Source: Hormiphora californensis (Eukaryota > Animalia > Ctenophora). From it: a DNA stretch of 64,000 nucleotides. The stretch covers positions 7,936,001 through 8,000,000 of the forward strand of contig CM035355.1 in the NCBI GenBank assembly GCA_020137815.1, written 5' to 3'. The notes beneath the pieces were generated by a model that saw only the letters and a list, made by a program, of their open reading frames with translations, was not told the origin of the DNA and ran no database searches. Positions 59,501-64,000 of this stretch are shown in pieces. Position numbers and translations under genes: made by a program. The stretch's first letter is position 1; each line of letters opens with the position of its first letter.

Positions 59501-60970
59501 TTGACCAAGAAAAGAAAAATTAACAAAAACTTGAAAATATATAAACACAGTTGTCGAAGAACTGGTTCCTTTTCCTTACCTCTTGTGACAACTGAGCATC
59601 AATAAGTTATTGAATGATAGATAAGACATCGATATCATATATTTTTGGGCAATCCGTACAATTTCTTCAGAAATCATAGCTTCATTGGACAACTAAGGAC
59701 GCGGACGTCTCGAAAACTGATTTAAAAGTAAGTTACCAAATAGCACAAGATACCTTATGTATAAGGTGCTATTTGGTAACTTACTTTTAAATATTCCTTC
59801 GGACGGGTCCTTTTACCATGACTAATGCTTAATACCGTAGTAGATCAGGTTTCTTAGCATACAATATAGAAACTTAAACTCTTTTTTAAACTCGATAAGG
59901 GATATAGCGAGAATAAGTACTAACTTACTGTCGAAAACATGCATAGATTACCTGTCATTACCTTGGAATTGGGTTACCGACGAACTTATACAGTCGGACC
60001 CCGATTTAGTGGCATCCTCGGGGGAAAAAAATCTTGCCACTAAATCGGGGTGCCACTAAATCGGGTTCAAATAATGTTAATTTCCTATATCGGGGGAAAA
60101 AATCCTGCCACTAAATCGGGGTGCCACTAAATCGGGGGCCACTAAATCGGGGTCCGACTGTATAAACTTCTAAAAGTTTCTAAAAACTTCTAAAAATTTC
60201 TAAAAATTTCTAAAAACTTCTAAAAATTTCTAAAAATTTCCATTTACATACTAAAAACTTCCAAAAATTTCCATTGTCCATAAATTTCTATAAATTTCTA
60301 AAAATTTCTAAAAATTTCCAAAAAATTCTAAAAATTTCCAAAAATTTCCAAAAACTTCTAAAAAAGTGGGTATCAATGGAAATTTTTAGGGTTGAACCCC
60401 CCCCCCCCCCAACAATTCTTCCAGATACAGTCGGACCCCGACTTAACGGCCCCCGATTCAGCGGAAACCCCGATAAAACCCTTTCCCCCGAGGGTGCCGT
60501 TAAATCGGGGTCCGACTTTACCTCTTGTTCGAGGGTTCGTATCCGTTGTGCCTTGCCAACGTCACCATCCTTGATATACCCATGCTTCTCCCTTTCGTCA
60601 AGGAGGGCCTTTTTTAGAACAACAACCTGGGCACGCACCTGGGGGGGTTGTTGGAACTTGGAGTGAGGGTGGAGAGGGGCACGCACCTGAGGAAGGGTGG
60701 GGGTGGGGTGAGGGATGATGTAGTGATGGTTTAGGGGGACGGTTGAAGTTGGGTCTGGAATTGTCTAAGATGCTAAAATGTATTTCCAGGTAAATCTAAA
60801 CGTTGGTCCGACATGAGAAATAGAAGTAAAGATATCCGTAGTATGTAACAACACTACCCTACCTGTGCATACTGTGTTGCTAGGCGAGTGTATTTAGAAG
60901 TCACATCCTCGCTATCTCTCGAGCAGGATGTTACACTGGAGGGAGGGGAGACGCTTCGTCGGTCATCCAT
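46821..60970 (-). CDS. PPP1R21: Protein phosphatase 1 regulatory subunit 21 (KLRAQ/CCDC128; FERRY subunit Fy-2) ortholog
   Basis: N-terminus SKYTRLATQYAQVRAQVVVLKKALLDE...IRTLEQEVDSLVFRNKQLSARVESLQADL matches the KLRAQ domain. C-terminus EELSLTKDKYESQIALMSEHLCALNDKI matches the TTKRSYEDQ domain. Exons include 60970-60863, 60638-60522, 58605-58417, 57792-57569, 57359-57254, ~57004-56867, 56733-56635, ~56494-56406, ~53630-53502, ~51690-51548, ~50509-50008, ~49503-49430, ~49049-48933, 48735-48595, 46988-46821; middle exons approximate. Confidence 0.88.
47070..48491. mobile_element. TTAA-flanked MITE (Kolobok-like AG.. ends), left TIR interrupted by a nested element
   Basis: TTAA|AGTGAGAGTGGACCG...CGGTCCACTCTCACT|TTAA; the TIR continues 47750-47847 vs 48353-48450. 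Confidence 0.88.
47111..47747. mobile_element. Tc1/mariner-type foldback MITE, TA TSD
   Basis: TA|CACGGTGTTCATTTTGG...CCAAAATGAACACCCTG|TA; ~315-bp arms; the host's right TIR shows a single TA at the empty site. Confidence 0.9.
51831..51904. mobile_element. TTG...GCAA mini-element, 8-bp TSD ccgttgac
   Basis: TSD at 51823-51830 and 51905-51912. Confidence 0.75.
51940..53056 (+). CDS. Rhodopsin-like GPCR, two exons, ~345 aa, nested antisense in a PPP1R21 intron
   Basis: Exon 1 51940-52088 (MDTSS...NST..NNS.NWT glycosylation sites, TM1 GIIANTLT). Exon 2 52168-53056 is in frame (LNTID in TM2, CRT in place of DRY, NSVINPGIY in TM7). Confidence 0.9.
53422..53466. mobile_element. 45-bp TTG...GCAA mini-element, perfect 8-bp TSD ctcccgta
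   Basis: TSD at 53414-53421 and 53467-53474; 27 bp identical (inverted) to 51878-51904. Confidence 0.78.
53752..56150 (+). mobile_element. Helentron/HINE(DINE)-like non-autonomous element with internal tandem GTGCAGGGGCA-rich repeats
   Basis: Subterminal inverted repeat tccgacccgaag (53804-53815) / cttcgggtcgga (56116-56127), followed directly by a stem-loop aggtgcc-tgcc-ggcacct; internal tandem units; no TSD seen. Boundaries approximate. Confidence 0.6.
54676..55528. mobile_element. pogo/Tigger-like MITE (CAGTCGGACCCCGATTTAGTGG ends), TA TSD
   Basis: A paralogous empty site (gtagttatacTActagaacatg) at ~55930 confirms the TA duplication. Confidence 0.9.
57795..58330. repeat. G-rich degenerate minisatellite abutting a splice acceptor
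   Basis: GGGGAGTGGGG/GTGTGAGAG units. Confidence 0.85.
58615..59185. repeat. 14-15-bp satellite (GTCACACATTAGGG[G]) interleaved with exon-fragment copies
   Basis: About 30 units. Confidence 0.9.
59287..60410. mobile_element. TIR element (G-run TTCAACC..TAAAAATTTCCATT) with 10-bp AAAAATTTCT arrays and a nested MITE
   Basis: Inverted ends at 59287-59315 / 60376-60410; nested CAGTCGG MITE at 59991-60160 with TA TSD. Confidence 0.72.
60428..60518. mobile_element. Short CAGTCGG-family MITE inserted at the TA of a splice donor
   Basis: TA|CAGTCGGACCCCG...CGGGGTCCGACTT|TA, immediately adjacent to PPP1R21 exon 2. Confidence 0.8.
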
Positions 60971-61349
60971 TAGAGATAGCAGGTGGGTCATCGGAATGGG
61001 TAGGAAACATCCATTCACAGGGAGCTGGGAGTTGTAATGGAGAGCTGCTAGCTATAGGGGTTTATAGGGAGTTAATAGGGAGTTTATATGGAGGGAGTTA
61101 GGGAGTTTATAGGGGTTTAGAGAGTTGAGAAATTGGGGAGTTAGATAGTTGGGGTTTAGGGACTTATAACTACCTATAACTAGGATGAAACAATAAGGAA
61201 TTGAAACAGAGTGTTGGTCATGATAAAATGGTTTTACTGTCTTAGAAATGAATAAACAATTAAAAAGATGCTGCTTCTCAAAAGTTTCTGTGTTCGACTC
61301 TCTCAGCTTCTCACATTCTCTCCTTCATTCTATCCTTCATTCTCTCATC

Positions 61350-63229
<1,880 letters not shown>

Positions 63230-63244
63230 CTGACAAACAATGGG

Positions 63245-64000
63245 GGTTAGAAGGGGACGGTGTAGTGGTAACTAGGGGACGGTGTAGTGGTAACTAGGGG
63301 AAGGAGTGGTGGTAACTAGGGGACGGTGTAGTGGTAACTAGGGGAAGTTGTGGTGGTAACTAGGGGAAGGAGTGGTGGTAACTAGGGGAAGGTGTGGTGG
63401 TAACTAGGGGAAGTTGTGGAGGTAACTTGGGGAAGGAGTGGCGGTAACTAGGGGACGGTGCAGTAGTGGTAACTAGAGGAAGGAGTGGAGGTAACTAGGG
63501 GAAGTTATGATGGTAACTAAGGGAAGTTGTGGAGGTAACTAGGGGAAGGAGTGGCGGTAACTAGGGGACGGTGTGGTAGTAACTAGGAGACGGTGTGGTG
63601 GTAACTAGGGGAAGGAGTGGTGGTAACTAGGGGAAGGAGTGGTGGTAACTAGGGGAAGTTGTGGAGGTAACTAGGGGAAGTTGTGGAGGTAACTAGGGGA
63701 AGGAGTGGCGGTTACTAGGGGATGGTGTGGTGCTAACTAGGGGAAGTTGTGGAGGTAACTAGGGGAAGTTATGATGGTAACTAAGGGAAGTTGTGGAGGT
63801 AACTAGGGGAAGTTGTGGAGGTAACTAGGGGAAGTTGTGGAGGTAACTAGGGGAAGGAGTGGTGGTAACTAGGGGAAGTTGTGGAGGTAACTAGGGGACG
63901 GTGTAGTGGTAACTAGGGGACGGTGTAGTGGTAACTAGGGGAAGGAGTGGTGGTAACTAGGGGAAGTTGTGGTGGTAACTAGGGGAAGTTGTGGAGGTAA
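63245..64000. repeat. 22-bp minisatellite (GGTAACTAGGGGAAGTTGTGGA), intronic in DHX38
   Basis: More than 30 units, running to the window end. Confidence 0.95.

Overview
Eukaryotic (animal) genomic DNA from a draft assembly. It is intron-rich, dense in microsatellites and MITEs, has one N gap (2573-2671), and has several homopolymer-garbled low-quality stretches. The overall style (nested single/two-exon GPCRs, compact exons, heavy intronic repeats) suggests a non-bilaterian invertebrate such as a ctenophore, which is inference only. Spliced genes reconstructed by eye: (1) a partial C2-domain gene (+, ~4141-10492); (2) a two-exon Ly6/uPAR-like GPI-anchored protein (-, 13670-13072); (3) a PLP-dependent threonine dehydratase/serine racemase-like gene with a C-terminal ACT-like domain (+, 21451-~39495), hosting an antisense GPCR and an antisense signal-peptide gene in its introns; (4) an ARSB/ARSI-like arylsulfatase (+, 42888-46150, 5' exons lost in bad sequence); (5) PPP1R21 (-, 60970-46821), hosting a second antisense GPCR; (6) the 3' part of DHX38/PRP16 (-, 63229-61350). 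Mobile DNA includes a CRE-like RLE retrotransposon fragment, an ORF1-only LINE-like element, several TTAA-flanked foldback elements, TA-flanked Tc1/pogo-type MITEs (some nested three deep), a Helentron/HINE-like element, and two families of very small (45-90 bp) insertions with 8-bp target-site duplications. The most notable observations are the 45-bp TSD-forming mini-element family, the ORF1-only LINE, recurrent 'echo' copies of splice acceptors, antisense nested genes (including a possible amidated-peptide precursor), and a MITE end that forms a splice donor.
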